DNA from: an uncultured Bacteroidota bacterium
GTDB taxonomy: Bacteria; Bacteroidota; Bacteroidia; Bacteroidales; WCHB1-69
DNA: 64,000 nt
Direction: 5' to 3'
Assembly: GCA_902802755.1 (NCBI GenBank)
Contig: CADCNH010000004.1
Location: 10,139 to 74,138 of the forward strand
Both the position numbers and the translations under genes were made by a program. Below, in pieces: positions 33,393-44,367 of this stretch (the stretch's first letter is position 1; every line of letters begins with the position of its first letter). The notes beneath the pieces are model-generated. The model had not been told where the DNA came from, ran no database searches, and worked only from the letters and a program-made list of their open reading frames with translations.

Positions 33393-34181
33393 TTAGAAAG
33401 TATAGAAAGTGGATACTTTTTTCTTCTCATACAAAGGAATAATCCAGGCTACCTTAATACCAATTAATCCACTGAATTTGGCCTTGGTGCCTTCGGTAGG
33501 GCCGAGGCCGATAATGTAATTGCGGTCGGGTTTGGTCCACATCTCGTGGAACTCGAGACCTGCATAGAAGCTGGCGACACGCACTCTTTGGATGAAGAGG
33601 TAACCGATGGACTGCGACATGTGGAAGCCCGTGGAGCGGCGGTCGTATGCCTTCTTGTAGTTGCCTCTCAGCATGGGTACGTAGTCAGCCGCCTGGCTGC
33701 CCATGTGTATCTTATGCTGGGCAATGCCAAAATCAGCATATAGTCTAATACCAGAGTTTTTCCAACGGTTGACAGGTATCACATAGCCAAAGCCGGCTGC
33801 CACATACCAATAGCGGCCTTCTATTTCTTTGTCAAGGTAGTCTTGGTTGCAGGTGCCATCGGAGTTATAGGTGTAGCCGTTGTGGTCTTTCAAATTGTCC
33901 AGTATGGTGTTGTCGCGCATGGCGGCACCAAAACAATAGTTGCCGCTGATGCCGAACAGCCAGTTGGAGGCTGTCTTGACGGTAATGCCTGTGCCCACGC
34001 TACCGTTCATCTTGAACAGCTGGCGAATACCACCAACAGGAAACTGCCACGACATGTTGACCTCAGTCCACACCATCGTTGATGCCGAATCCACAAAGGA
34101 TTTGTCATACTTGATAGATTGGCCAACAAGCATAGCCGGCATCAACGACAGGAATAGTATGAGGACTTTTATTTTTCGCAT
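33393..34181 (-). CDS. Hypothetical outer-membrane protein
   Basis: Signal peptide, amphipathic strands and C-terminal GIKVAWIIPLY; abuts hppA and waaA. Confidence 0.7.
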   Translation of the reverse strand: MRKIKVLILFLSLMPAMLVGQSIKYDKSFVDSASTMVWTEVNMSWQFPVGGIRQLFKMNGSVGTGITVKTASNWLFGISGNYCFGAAMRDNTILDNLKDHNGYTYNSDGTCNQDYLDKEIEGRYWYVAAGFGYVIPVNRWKNSGIRLYADFGIAQHKIHMGSQAADYVPMLRGNYKKAYDRRSTGFHMSQSIGYLFIQRVRVASFYAGLEFHEMWTKPDRNYIIGLGPTEGTKAKFSGLIGIKVAWIIPLYEKKKVSTFYTF

Positions 34182-34190
34182 ATTGCAATA

Positions 34191-36584
34191 TTATTTTTTG
34201 ATACGCATACCGTAGAAAGAACGGTAAACGAAAATCAGACCGATTACAAAGAAAACAATACCGATAATCGGTGAGTAGTCGGTGGAAGTGGCGGACAGCT
34301 TCATGGCGATAGCGATTTCCACTGCCAGCATACCGAACAAGGTGGAGAACTTGATGATGGGGTTCAAAGCCACGGATGAGGTGTCTTTGTATGGATCGCC
34401 CACGGTATCGCCGATAACGGTGGCAGCGTGCAGGTCGGTGTTCTTCTCTTTCAGGTCAACTTCAACCACCTTCTTGGCGTTATCCCAAGCACCACCGGCA
34501 TTGGCCATGTACATAGCCTGGAACAGACCGAATACGGCGATGGAAATCAGGTAAGCCACGAAGAAGTTAGGATCGAAGAAGGCGAAAGCCAAAGTGAGGC
34601 AGAAAATCACAGCGAAGATGTTCCACATACCCTGCTGAGCGTATTTGGTACAAATCTTCACCACTGTCTTGGAGTCTTCAATATCCGCTTCACTCTTATC
34701 AAGATTCATATTTTTCTTGATGAATTCCACAGCACGGTAAGCACCCGTGGTAACAGCCTGCATGGAAGCACCACTGAACCAGTAAATCACAGCACCACCG
34801 GTGATGAAACCTAAGATTACAGCGGGATCGGTGAGATTCAGCTGCATCATGCCATTGTTCTTCAGCAACATGATGATAGCGAAAATCATGGTGGTGGCAC
34901 CTACCACAGCCGTACCGATGAGCACGGGTTTAGCAGTGGCTTTGAAGGTGTTACCGGCACCATCGTTAGCCTCCAGATAGTATTTGCCCATTTCAAAGTC
35001 AGGAGTGAAACCGTAGTCTTTTTCAATTTCTGAAGAGATATTCGGAATCTGCTCGATTTGTGACAACTCAAATACTGATTGGGCGTTGTCGGTTACCGGT
35101 CCATAGCTATCTACAGCGATGGTCACAGGACCCATGCCCAAGAAACCGAAGGCTACCAGACCGAAGGCGAAAATTGAGGAATATTCGCCGAAGATGTCCA
35201 AACCGTTGGAAGCGACCATAACGCCACCGAACATCAGACCTACCATAACCAGACCTTTCCAGAAGGCGCTGAAGTTACCGGCTACCATACCAGACAGAAT
35301 GGTGAGGGAGGCACCACCTTCGCGTGAAGCGGTCACTACTTCCTGTACGTGACGGCTGTTGGAGCTGGTGAAAGCCTTGGTGAATTCGGGAATGATGGCT
35401 GCGGCCAAAGTGCCGAAGCTGATGATAGCGGCCAAACGCCACCACAAATCAGGACCGTAGGTGTCGGAAACAGAGTTGCCATTCAGCAACAGGTAGCTGA
35501 TGCAGAAGGTTACGATGATAGAAATGATAGAAGTAATCCAAACCAAAGAGGTCAGCGGAGTCTCGAAATTGAAATTCTTGGAGTTTTTGTATTTGGCCGC
35601 TGAGATAGCGTGGTTGATACCGTAAGACAGAACGGAGGTGAACACCATGAGGATACGCATAGCGAAAATCCAAGCGATCAGGAGAGCCTGAGTGTCAACA
35701 TTGTTGCCTAATACCAGAATGATAAAGGAGATCAGAGCCACACCAGTCACACCGTAAGTTTCGAAACCGTCGGCGGTGGGGCCTACGCTGTCGCCGGCAT
35801 TGTCACCGGTACAGTCGGCAATCACACCAGGGTTACGCGGGTCGTCCTCGCCGATTTTGAAGATCACCTTCATCAGGTCGGAACCGATGTCGGCGATTTT
35901 GGTGAAGATACCACCAGCGATACGCAAGGCACTGGCACCCAAAGACTCACCAATAGCGAAGCCGATCAAGCATGCGCCGGCGCTTTCAGCGGGCACAAAG
36001 AGCAGGATGATGAGCATCATCACCAACTCGATGGTGATCAGCAACAAACCAACGCTCATACCGGACTGTAGGGGAATAGAAACCACATCCCAGGGTTTGC
36101 CTCTCAGGGAAGCGAAGGAAGTACGGCTATTGGCGTAGGTGTTGATACGGATGCCGAACCAAGCCACTGCGTAAGAACCTAAGATACCCAGTACGGTCCA
36201 CAAGAGGATCAGCAGTACCTGAGGTGCGGTTTTGCCACTCAGCACACCAAAGTAGAAAATGATGATAGCACCGATGATGGCAAAAAGGATGAGCAGGAAC
36301 TTGCCCTGTTGCAGCAGGTAGGTCTTGCAGGTTGTGTAGATGGTGTTAGCCACATTGGCCATGGCTTTGTGCACGGGGAATTTCTGGATTCTCATGGCCT
36401 GGAAGAGACCGAAGAGCAAGCCCAGAATAACGATGATGGAGCCCCAGAGCAGCAGTGCTTTGGCACTCAGCGCACCGTTAAAAAAGGTGACATCACCGAA
36501 ATTAGGCAGTGTCAAATCCGCTTCACTCGCAAACATAAAGGCGGGAAGCAGCAGCAACATTAAAGAGGTTAGGATTTTTTTCAT
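34191..36584 (-). CDS. hppA: Membrane-bound ion-translocating pyrophosphatase, divergent type
   Basis: GGIFTKIADIGSDL, EDDPRNPGVIAD, DSYGPVTDNA, GGAWDNAKK and GDTVGDPYKDT. Confidence 0.93.
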   Translation of the reverse strand: MKKILTSLMLLLLPAFMFASEADLTLPNFGDVTFFNGALSAKALLLWGSIIVILGLLFGLFQAMRIQKFPVHKAMANVANTIYTTCKTYLLQQGKFLLILFAIIGAIIIFYFGVLSGKTAPQVLLILLWTVLGILGSYAVAWFGIRINTYANSRTSFASLRGKPWDVVSIPLQSGMSVGLLLITIELVMMLIILLFVPAESAGACLIGFAIGESLGASALRIAGGIFTKIADIGSDLMKVIFKIGEDDPRNPGVIADCTGDNAGDSVGPTADGFETYGVTGVALISFIILVLGNNVDTQALLIAWIFAMRILMVFTSVLSYGINHAISAAKYKNSKNFNFETPLTSLVWITSIISIIVTFCISYLLLNGNSVSDTYGPDLWWRLAAIISFGTLAAAIIPEFTKAFTSSNSRHVQEVVTASREGGASLTILSGMVAGNFSAFWKGLVMVGLMFGGVMVASNGLDIFGEYSSIFAFGLVAFGFLGMGPVTIAVDSYGPVTDNAQSVFELSQIEQIPNISSEIEKDYGFTPDFEMGKYYLEANDGAGNTFKATAKPVLIGTAVVGATTMIFAIIMLLKNNGMMQLNLTDPAVILGFITGGAVIYWFSGASMQAVTTGAYRAVEFIKKNMNLDKSEADIEDSKTVVKICTKYAQQGMWNIFAVIFCLTLAFAFFDPNFFVAYLISIAVFGLFQAMYMANAGGAWDNAKKVVEVDLKEKNTDLHAATVIGDTVGDPYKDTSSVALNPIIKFSTLFGMLAVEIAIAMKLSATSTDYSPIIGIVFFVIGLIFVYRSFYGMRIKK

Positions 36585-36756
36585 AGTTTATAATATTGAT
36601 TAATACATAATTATAAGCATAGAACAAATTCATCAGGGCATTTTACACGAAAATGCTCAAATGAATTTGCAAAGTTAAAGTTTTTTTTTGATAATGAAAC
36701 AAAAAGGGGCGAAAAAAATTCCGCCCCTGTATTTTCATGCAATAATTTTAGTGATT

Positions 36757-38166
36757 TTAGTACCGATACAAGTCACTCTTGAAAGGACCATTGACAGACA
36801 CGCCGATGTAGTCGGCTTGCTTCTGGGTGAGCTTGGTCAGCTTGACACCGATTTTGGACAGGTGCAGACGGGCCACTTCCTCATCAAGTTCTTTGGGCAG
36901 GTTGTAAACGCCTACCTTGTAGTCGTGTTGCCACAAGTCGAGCTGGGCCATCACCTGGTTGGTGAAAGAGTTGCTCATCACGAAGGAGGGGTGACCAGTG
37001 GCGCAACCCAGGTTCACCAAACGGCCTTCGGCCAGAATGAAAATAGAATGTCCATCGGGGAAGATGTACTCATCAACCTGCGGTTTAATGGTGCGTTTGG
37101 TAATGTTCTTCTGGCTCTCGAAAGCGCTCACTTGAATTTCGTTGTCGAAATGGCCAATGTTGCACACGATGGCCTGGTCTCTCATCTTGTTGAGGTGGTC
37201 AACGGTAATCACATCGCAGTTGCCGGTGCAGGTGACAAACACATTGCCTTCGTCGAGGGCGTCTTCCACGGTCTTTACCTCATAGCCTTCCATAGCGGCT
37301 TGTAGAGCGCAGATAGGATCGACCTCGGTCACGATGACGCGGGCACCATAGGACTTCATGGATTGGGCACAGCCTTTGCCTACGTCGCCATAGCCGCAAA
37401 CCACCACCACTTTACCGGCCAGCATGATGTCGGTGGCACGTTTGATGCCGTCAGCCAGCGATTCGCGGCAGCCGTATTTGTTGTCGAATTTCGATTTGGT
37501 CACCGAGTCGTTGACATTGATGGCAGGGAAGAGCAATTCGCCCTGCTCCATCATCTGGTACAGACGGTGTACACCCGTGGTGGTCTCCTCAGACACACCC
37601 TTAATGTCTTTAATCATGCGGTGCCAGCGTTGCGGGTCTTCTTTCAATAATTCTTTCAAGGTATTGAAAACCACGGCCTGTTCGTGCGATTCAGGAGTTT
37701 TGTCCAGAATAGAGGCATCCTCTTCAGCTTTGAAGCCGGTGTGAATCAACAAGGTAGCGTCGCCACCGTCGTCCACGATGAGGTTCGGGCCTTTGCCACC
37801 GGGGAAGGAGAGGGCCTGGTTGGTGCACCACCAGTAGTCTTCCAGCGATTCGCCTTTCCAAGCGAAAACGGAAACGCCGGCGGCGGCGATGGCGGCGGCG
37901 GCGTGGTCTTGGGTGGAGAAGATATTGCAGCTGCACCATCTCACCTCGGCGCCCAAATGCACCAAGGTCTCAATTAATACAGCGGTTTGGATGGTCATGT
38001 GCAGGGAGCCGGTGATACGGACACCTTTCAGGGGTTTGCTGTCTCCGTATTTCTCGCGCAAAGCGATCAAACCGGGCATTTCTTTTTGGGAAACCTCAAT
38101 GTCTTTGCGTCCCAATTCCGCCAGACTCATGTCGGCGACTTTGTACTTCAATTCGTAATCAGTCAT
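36757..38166 (-). CDS. ahcY: Adenosylhomocysteinase
   Basis: [47 protein letters not shown] and GHPSFVMS. Confidence 0.97.
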   Translation of the reverse strand: MTDYELKYKVADMSLAELGRKDIEVSQKEMPGLIALREKYGDSKPLKGVRITGSLHMTIQTAVLIETLVHLGAEVRWCSCNIFSTQDHAAAAIAAAGVSVFAWKGESLEDYWWCTNQALSFPGGKGPNLIVDDGGDATLLIHTGFKAEEDASILDKTPESHEQAVVFNTLKELLKEDPQRWHRMIKDIKGVSEETTTGVHRLYQMMEQGELLFPAINVNDSVTKSKFDNKYGCRESLADGIKRATDIMLAGKVVVVCGYGDVGKGCAQSMKSYGARVIVTEVDPICALQAAMEGYEVKTVEDALDEGNVFVTCTGNCDVITVDHLNKMRDQAIVCNIGHFDNEIQVSAFESQKNITKRTIKPQVDEYIFPDGHSIFILAEGRLVNLGCATGHPSFVMSNSFTNQVMAQLDLWQHDYKVGVYNLPKELDEEVARLHLSKIGVKLTKLTQKQADYIGVSVNGPFKSDLYRY

Positions 38167-38212
38167 AATAATTCTGTTTAAATTCATAAATAAATACGGC
38201 GGCAAAGATACG

Positions 38213-38242
38213 AAAAAAGACCGCCATTTGGCGGTCTTTTTT
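38213..38242 (-). terminator. Intrinsic terminator after rpsU
   Basis: aaaaaagaccgcc-attt-ggcggtctttttt perfect hairpin. Confidence 0.8.
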
Positions 38243-38264
38243 TCTTTTTTTATGAGCTTTGCTA

Positions 38265-38462
38265 TTATTTGTCAGCTTCTTTGGATTGAAGTTGCTGTAC
38301 ATAGATAGCTTTCAGCTTCTGCTCCCTTTTGAGGACACTGGGTTTCGTAAATTTCTGTCTTGCGCGCAATTCACGTACAACACCGGTTTTCTCAAATTTT
38401 CTTTTCAGTTTTTTCAGCGCTCTTTCAATGGTTTCGCCTTCTTTAACGGGAACAACGATCAT
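38265..38462 (-). CDS. rpsU: 30S ribosomal protein bS21
   Basis: [42 protein letters not shown]. Confidence 0.95.
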   Translation of the reverse strand: MIVVPVKEGETIERALKKLKRKFEKTGVVRELRARQKFTKPSVLKREQKLKAIYVQQLQSKEADK

Positions 38463-38550
38463 AAAAAATACCTCTTTCTTTTAAAAGTTAATACTATAAT
38501 TTTTTGGGGCTGCAAAAATACACAAATTTTTTGATATGATGTACTTTTAT

Positions 38551-38610
38551 TAATTAGCAAATTAGTAAATTAGTTAATGTGCTAATTATCAATATGCTAA
38601 AGTGTTAATT
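38551..38610. repeat. Octamer repeat tract
   Basis: aattagca aattagta aattagtt aatgtgct aattatc aatatgct aaagtgtt aatt. Confidence 0.8.
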
Positions 38611-38730
38611 ATTTTTCTTGTTGTTTCCATATTTTCCACGTCCATTCATTTAATTGTGTGCTCGAAATTCAGATAATTGTGTTTATCTCGAAAAATTCCC
38701 GTAATTTTGCACTCCCAAAATTCATACACT

Positions 38731-39798
38731 ATGAAGAAAAACACATTATATATCATTATCGCTGCGTTGCTGGTCGTGGCAGCCATTGTGGCGGTGCTGT
38801 TCAAAACCGGTGTCATCAAAACCTCCGACGACCATCTGTCATTCGATGCATTCGCCGTCAAAGACACCAACAACATTACCAAAATCTTTTTGGCGGATAT
38901 GCAAGGAGAATATGTGCTGTTGCAACGCACCAATGCCGGTTGGGTGGTGCAGGACAGTATCGGGGTCATGAAACCTATCATGGAGGAATTTCTGACTACT
39001 ATCGCCAGCTTGTCCGTTAAGCAGGTGGTGCCCAAGACTGGCCAAAGCACTATTAACAAGGTGCTTTCCACGAGTGCCATTAAGGTGGATATTTACCAAA
39101 CCAAGCCTAAATTCAAACTCTTCGGTATGGAATTTGGAGTGAAAGAGCGCAAAACCAAAACCTATTATATGGGTCCGGCCACGATGGATAATCTGTCGAA
39201 TTTCGCCTTGTTGGAAGGTTCTGAAGACCCGTATATCGTTTATGTGCCCGGTTTCAGAGGTTTCGCCACCCCGATTTATTCCACCAACTATGCCGATTGG
39301 ATTAACCATGATATCTATCAGACCAAAATCACTCGTATCCAAACAGCAGAATTTGTTGATGTTGAGCATCCTGAAGAATCTTTCAAAGCGGTGAAAACGG
39401 GTGCCCGCTTCTTCGATTTATATGATTATCAAAACCAGAAAGTGGTAGGGTATGATACTTTGAAACTGATTGATATGCTTTCGGAGTTCAGAGATAAGAA
39501 TTTCGAGGATATTGTGCTTTCTTTCACGCCTGAAAAAATTGATTCCATATACCGCACCCAGCATTTCAAAACCATCAGTATCACTGATTTAGAGGGAAAC
39601 ACGACCACCATGGAACTGTGCTATAAACTGAACCCTGAAGAGCAGGAAGATGGAACTGTGGTGATGGAAGCTGATGAGGATAATTTCTATGGTATCATCA
39701 ATCATAATTACCAGAATATCTATCTGTGCCAATTCTACCACTTCGACAGGCAGATTCAACCACTCTCTTATTTCACCAAGGCAAGACTTCAAAAATAA
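38731..39798 (+). CDS. Membrane-anchored hypothetical protein (DUF4340-like)
   Basis: N-terminal TM helix; FAVKDT..ITKIFLAD and PYIVYVPGFRG..TP.Y. Confidence 0.7.
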   Translation: MKKNTLYIIIAALLVVAAIVAVLFKTGVIKTSDDHLSFDAFAVKDTNNITKIFLADMQGEYVLLQRTNAGWVVQDSIGVMKPIMEEFLTTIASLSVKQVVPKTGQSTINKVLSTSAIKVDIYQTKPKFKLFGMEFGVKERKTKTYYMGPATMDNLSNFALLEGSEDPYIVYVPGFRGFATPIYSTNYADWINHDIYQTKITRIQTAEFVDVEHPEESFKAVKTGARFFDLYDYQNQKVVGYDTLKLIDMLSEFRDKNFEDIVLSFTPEKIDSIYRTQHFKTISITDLEGNTTTMELCYKLNPEEQEDGTVVMEADEDNFYGIINHNYQNIYLCQFYHFDRQIQPLSYFTKARLQK

Positions 39799-40770
39799 GT
39801 GCCGATGACTCGTGATGAAGTCTATATGTCGCGTTGCCTGCAATTAGCCGCACTCGGTTTGGGTAAAGTGCAACCCAATCCTATGGTGGGAGCGGTCATT
39901 GTGCATCAGGACAAGATAATAGGGGAGGGCTGGCATCGCCAGTATGGCCAGGCACATGCGGAAATCAACGCTTTCGCTTCGGTAAAGCAATCCGAATTGC
40001 TGAAAGAATCCACGATGTACGTGAGTCTGGAGCCGTGTTCCCATTTCGGCAAAACACCGCCTTGTGCCGATGCCATTATCCGCTATGGTGTTCCTAAGGT
40101 GGTGATTGGTACTGTAGATAGCAATGCAAAAGTGAATGGTGGAGGTATTAAAAAGCTACAAGACGCAGGAATAGAGGTGGTTACGGGTGTGTTGGCCGAC
40201 CAGTGCAAAGAACTCAACCGGCGTTTTTTCACTTACCATGAGCAAAAACGTCCTTATGTCATTCTTAAATGGGCCATGACCCGCAACGGTTACATGGACA
40301 TTGACCGCCAACAGAATCCTGCCGGTCAATATTGGATTACTAATCATGAGCTGAAAACCATTGTCCACCAATGGCGTAGCGAGGAAGACGCCATTTTGGT
40401 GGGCTATAACACTATGGTTAATGACAAACCGCAACTGACGACACGGTTGTTTCCGGGGAAAGATCCTCAGCGTTATGTATGTCAGAGAAATCCCGAAAAT
40501 TCCGAATCAGATTATTATCAACAAATTCCTGAAAACCCCGCTGAGGCATTGCAGCAGCTGTATGAGCAGAAAATCCAGTCGGTAATTGTGGAAGGCGGTC
40601 GCAAAACCCTGCAACGCTTTATCGACAGTGGTTTGTGGGATGAAGCTCGTATTCTAATAGGTGACCAGCTGTGGGAGTCGGGTGTGAAAGCCCCCTTGCT
40701 CGACGGCATTTGCGTCAAGGAAGAAATTATTCATCATAATACCATCCGATATGTTCGAAGACACCTATAA
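39799..40770 (+). CDS. ribD: Riboflavin biosynthesis deaminase/reductase
   Basis: PNPMVGAVIV, HAEINA, LEPCSHFGKTPPC and SVIVEGG. Confidence 0.95.
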   Translation: MPMTRDEVYMSRCLQLAALGLGKVQPNPMVGAVIVHQDKIIGEGWHRQYGQAHAEINAFASVKQSELLKESTMYVSLEPCSHFGKTPPCADAIIRYGVPKVVIGTVDSNAKVNGGGIKKLQDAGIEVVTGVLADQCKELNRRFFTYHEQKRPYVILKWAMTRNGYMDIDRQQNPAGQYWITNHELKTIVHQWRSEEDAILVGYNTMVNDKPQLTTRLFPGKDPQRYVCQRNPENSESDYYQQIPENPAEALQQLYEQKIQSVIVEGGRKTLQRFIDSGLWDEARILIGDQLWESGVKAPLLDGICVKEEIIHHNTIRYVRRHL

Positions 40771-41347
40771 AACCATTGCCGGACCGTCGGAAGGAATCTA
40801 CCGTGAAAAGGGCAGTAAATTCATTGCCTTGGCTTTTCCTGTGGAAACAGAAGCAGAGATTAAGGAGAAGCTGGCCGAAATCCAGAAGCAGTATTTTGAT
40901 GCCCGCCATCATTGTTATAGCTATATTTTGGGTCCCAATAAGGATGCATACCGCCTTAACGACAATGGAGAGCCGTCGGGCACGGCGGGAAGGCCTATCC
41001 ATGGTCAGTTGTTGTCCAAAGATTTGACGAACACGCTGGTGATTGTGGTCCGCTATTTCGGGGGTATCAAGTTGGGGGTCAGTGGTTTGATTAATGCCTA
41101 CAAAACTGCCGCCAAGGATGCTTTGGATAATGCTACGATTATTGAGAAAACAGTGGATGAAACCTACAAAGTCAGTTTTGATTACAGCGTGATGAATAGT
41201 GTGATGCAGCTGCTCAAAGATCCATATGTCAGTATTTTAGGTCAGGGTTATGAAGACCGTTATTTGATTACTTTTAAAATCAGAAGGCGTGAAGCAGACC
41301 GCATTGTCACAGCCTTGAAAAAAATCAACACGGTGACAGTGGAATAA
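40751..41347 (+). CDS. YigZ/IMPACT family protein
   Basis: EKGSKFIA, ARHHCY, DNGEPSGTAG.PI and VVRYFGGIKLG..GLINAY. Confidence 0.92.
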   Translation: MFEDTYKTIAGPSEGIYREKGSKFIALAFPVETEAEIKEKLAEIQKQYFDARHHCYSYILGPNKDAYRLNDNGEPSGTAGRPIHGQLLSKDLTNTLVIVVRYFGGIKLGVSGLINAYKTAAKDALDNATIIEKTVDETYKVSFDYSVMNSVMQLLKDPYVSILGQGYEDRYLITFKIRRREADRIVTALKKINTVTVE

Positions 41348-41462
41348 CTTACTTCCTCCTTTTCTGAGAAGGGGCATATCCCGTCTATACAATAAAATTA
41401 TACATTGGTGTATAATTCGAGAAATTTTTCTATCTTTGCACGAAATTTTTTTCGAGTATTAA

Positions 41463-42950
<1,488 letters not shown>

Positions 42951-42966
42951 TTTTTCACTAAATATC

Positions 42967-42999
42967 AAAAAAAACGCACCGTTAAGGTGCGTTTTTTTT
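42967..42999. terminator. Bidirectional intrinsic terminator
   Basis: aaaaaaaacgcacc-gttaa-ggtgcgtttttttt between convergent genes. Confidence 0.85.
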
Positions 43000-43063
43000 C
43001 TGTATTGTTAAAGTCTTTTATAAAGCTAAAGAACAAACTACAGTACTATTCAATTCAGAAATG

Positions 43064-43285
43064 TTACATCTTGCAATCGATCTGCTTAAGATCGGCTCCG
43101 ATTGCTGCATAGTGTTGTTCCAATTCTTTATTTTTAGCGCCACATTCAGTGTGTGAGATTTTACCATAAGCGTATGACGATGATTGACCGTCTTTCAGTG
43201 TAACGGTGCAGTTGCATTCTTTGTGACAAGAGGTGAAGCCTAAAACCAAAGCTCCCATTGCTAAGATACATACTAACTTTTTCAT
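43064..43285 (-). CDS. Small Cys-containing lipoprotein (73 aa)
   Basis: Start at ATG 43285: MKKLVCILAMGALVLGFTS-C lipobox, then CxC...C...C. Confidence 0.7.
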   Translation of the reverse strand: MKKLVCILAMGALVLGFTSCHKECNCTVTLKDGQSSSYAYGKISHTECGAKNKELEQHYAAIGADLKQIDCKM

Positions 43286-43337
43286 AGTTTTCGTTTTTAA
43301 ATTATTAATTGAATTAAGTTTGAAAGAATAATCGTAA

Positions 43338-43832
43338 TTATAATGCGATTTCGGCTTTGAATTTGAGTCTGTCGGGATGACTTGCAATATAGTCAAGGAA
43401 CTGGCTTTTTGAGGAAAATGTGTTCGTATTATCATCTTGGGTGTGTTGTTGAACACCATTTTTCGTGTAGTAGATAACGGGAAGACCTCCGAAAACTATA
43501 GTGCCGTCAGGAAGTTCACTTTCATTATAAGTGATGGTACCTTCGATTTTGGCGGTAAACGGAGATTTAACCTCAAAAGAAGTGGAAGCCCATCCGGGAC
43601 TGACATTGGTTACATTTACCGTTTCCCCTTTGGCATTTACATAACTGAGATTGTAATGAAAACAAGAGGAGATTTGCTGGGGTGTCGGCATTCCTGTAGT
43701 GGGAAACATACTTGTTTCCATTTTATATTGGATTGGGATCGTTTTGTTAGAATTATTATTTTCTTTTTTGCAACTGGTGAAAGCAATTAATACACTCAAA
43801 ACGATGGTGATTGATAACAGTACTTTTTTCAT
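43338..43832 (-). CDS. Hypothetical lipoprotein
   Basis: MKKVLLSITIVLSVLIAFTS-CKKE lipobox. Confidence 0.75.
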   Translation of the reverse strand: MKKVLLSITIVLSVLIAFTSCKKENNNSNKTIPIQYKMETSMFPTTGMPTPQQISSCFHYNLSYVNAKGETVNVTNVSPGWASTSFEVKSPFTAKIEGTITYNESELPDGTIVFGGLPVIYYTKNGVQQHTQDDNTNTFSSKSQFLDYIASHPDRLKFKAEIAL

Positions 43833-43856
43833 GTTTTTTTTATTTATGGTTGATTT

Positions 43857-44243
43857 TTATATTTCCCTGAAAGAAATTTTGTCTTTGGTGATAAATGCGC
43901 CGGGGAATTGTCCCTGAATCTTCATCAGGAAGCGATAGGCATCGATACGGTTCTTGAAATTGCCCACACGCACGCGGAATGTCGGTTCTGTGTAAGACAA
44001 ATAAGCGGAAACATCGGGATAGGAACCTTTGAATTCATTATACACTTTTTGTGCCCCGTTTTTAGTGGAAACCGCTACCAGCTGTATGCGGTATCCTTCA
44101 ATATATTTCACTGATTTCCATGCGTTTTCGTAAGCATTACTGATGCTGTCGATAACAGGTTCCTTATCGTAGCGGACTTGGATTTGTCCGAACAGCAAGG
44201 CATTCATGCCGAGGAGTATTAGGATGAGTACAAGGCGTTTCAT
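43857..44243 (-). CDS. SPOR-domain protein
   Basis: GYRIQL...F...YPDV.AY..Y.EP.FRVRVGNF..R.DA...FPGAFI; start at ATG 44243. Confidence 0.85.
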   Translation of the reverse strand: MKRLVLILILLGMNALLFGQIQVRYDKEPVIDSISNAYENAWKSVKYIEGYRIQLVAVSTKNGAQKVYNEFKGSYPDVSAYLSYTEPTFRVRVGNFKNRIDAYRFLMKIQGQFPGAFITKDKISFREI

Positions 44244-44367
44244 CTCAAATTTTTTTGCAAAAATACACAAATTTCCCAAAATACATACAAATTGTGCTGA
44301 AGTCAAGAAAAAAGGGAGTACCTTCCGGCACCCCCTTGAATAATATCACATTGTAATGACTGATTTA

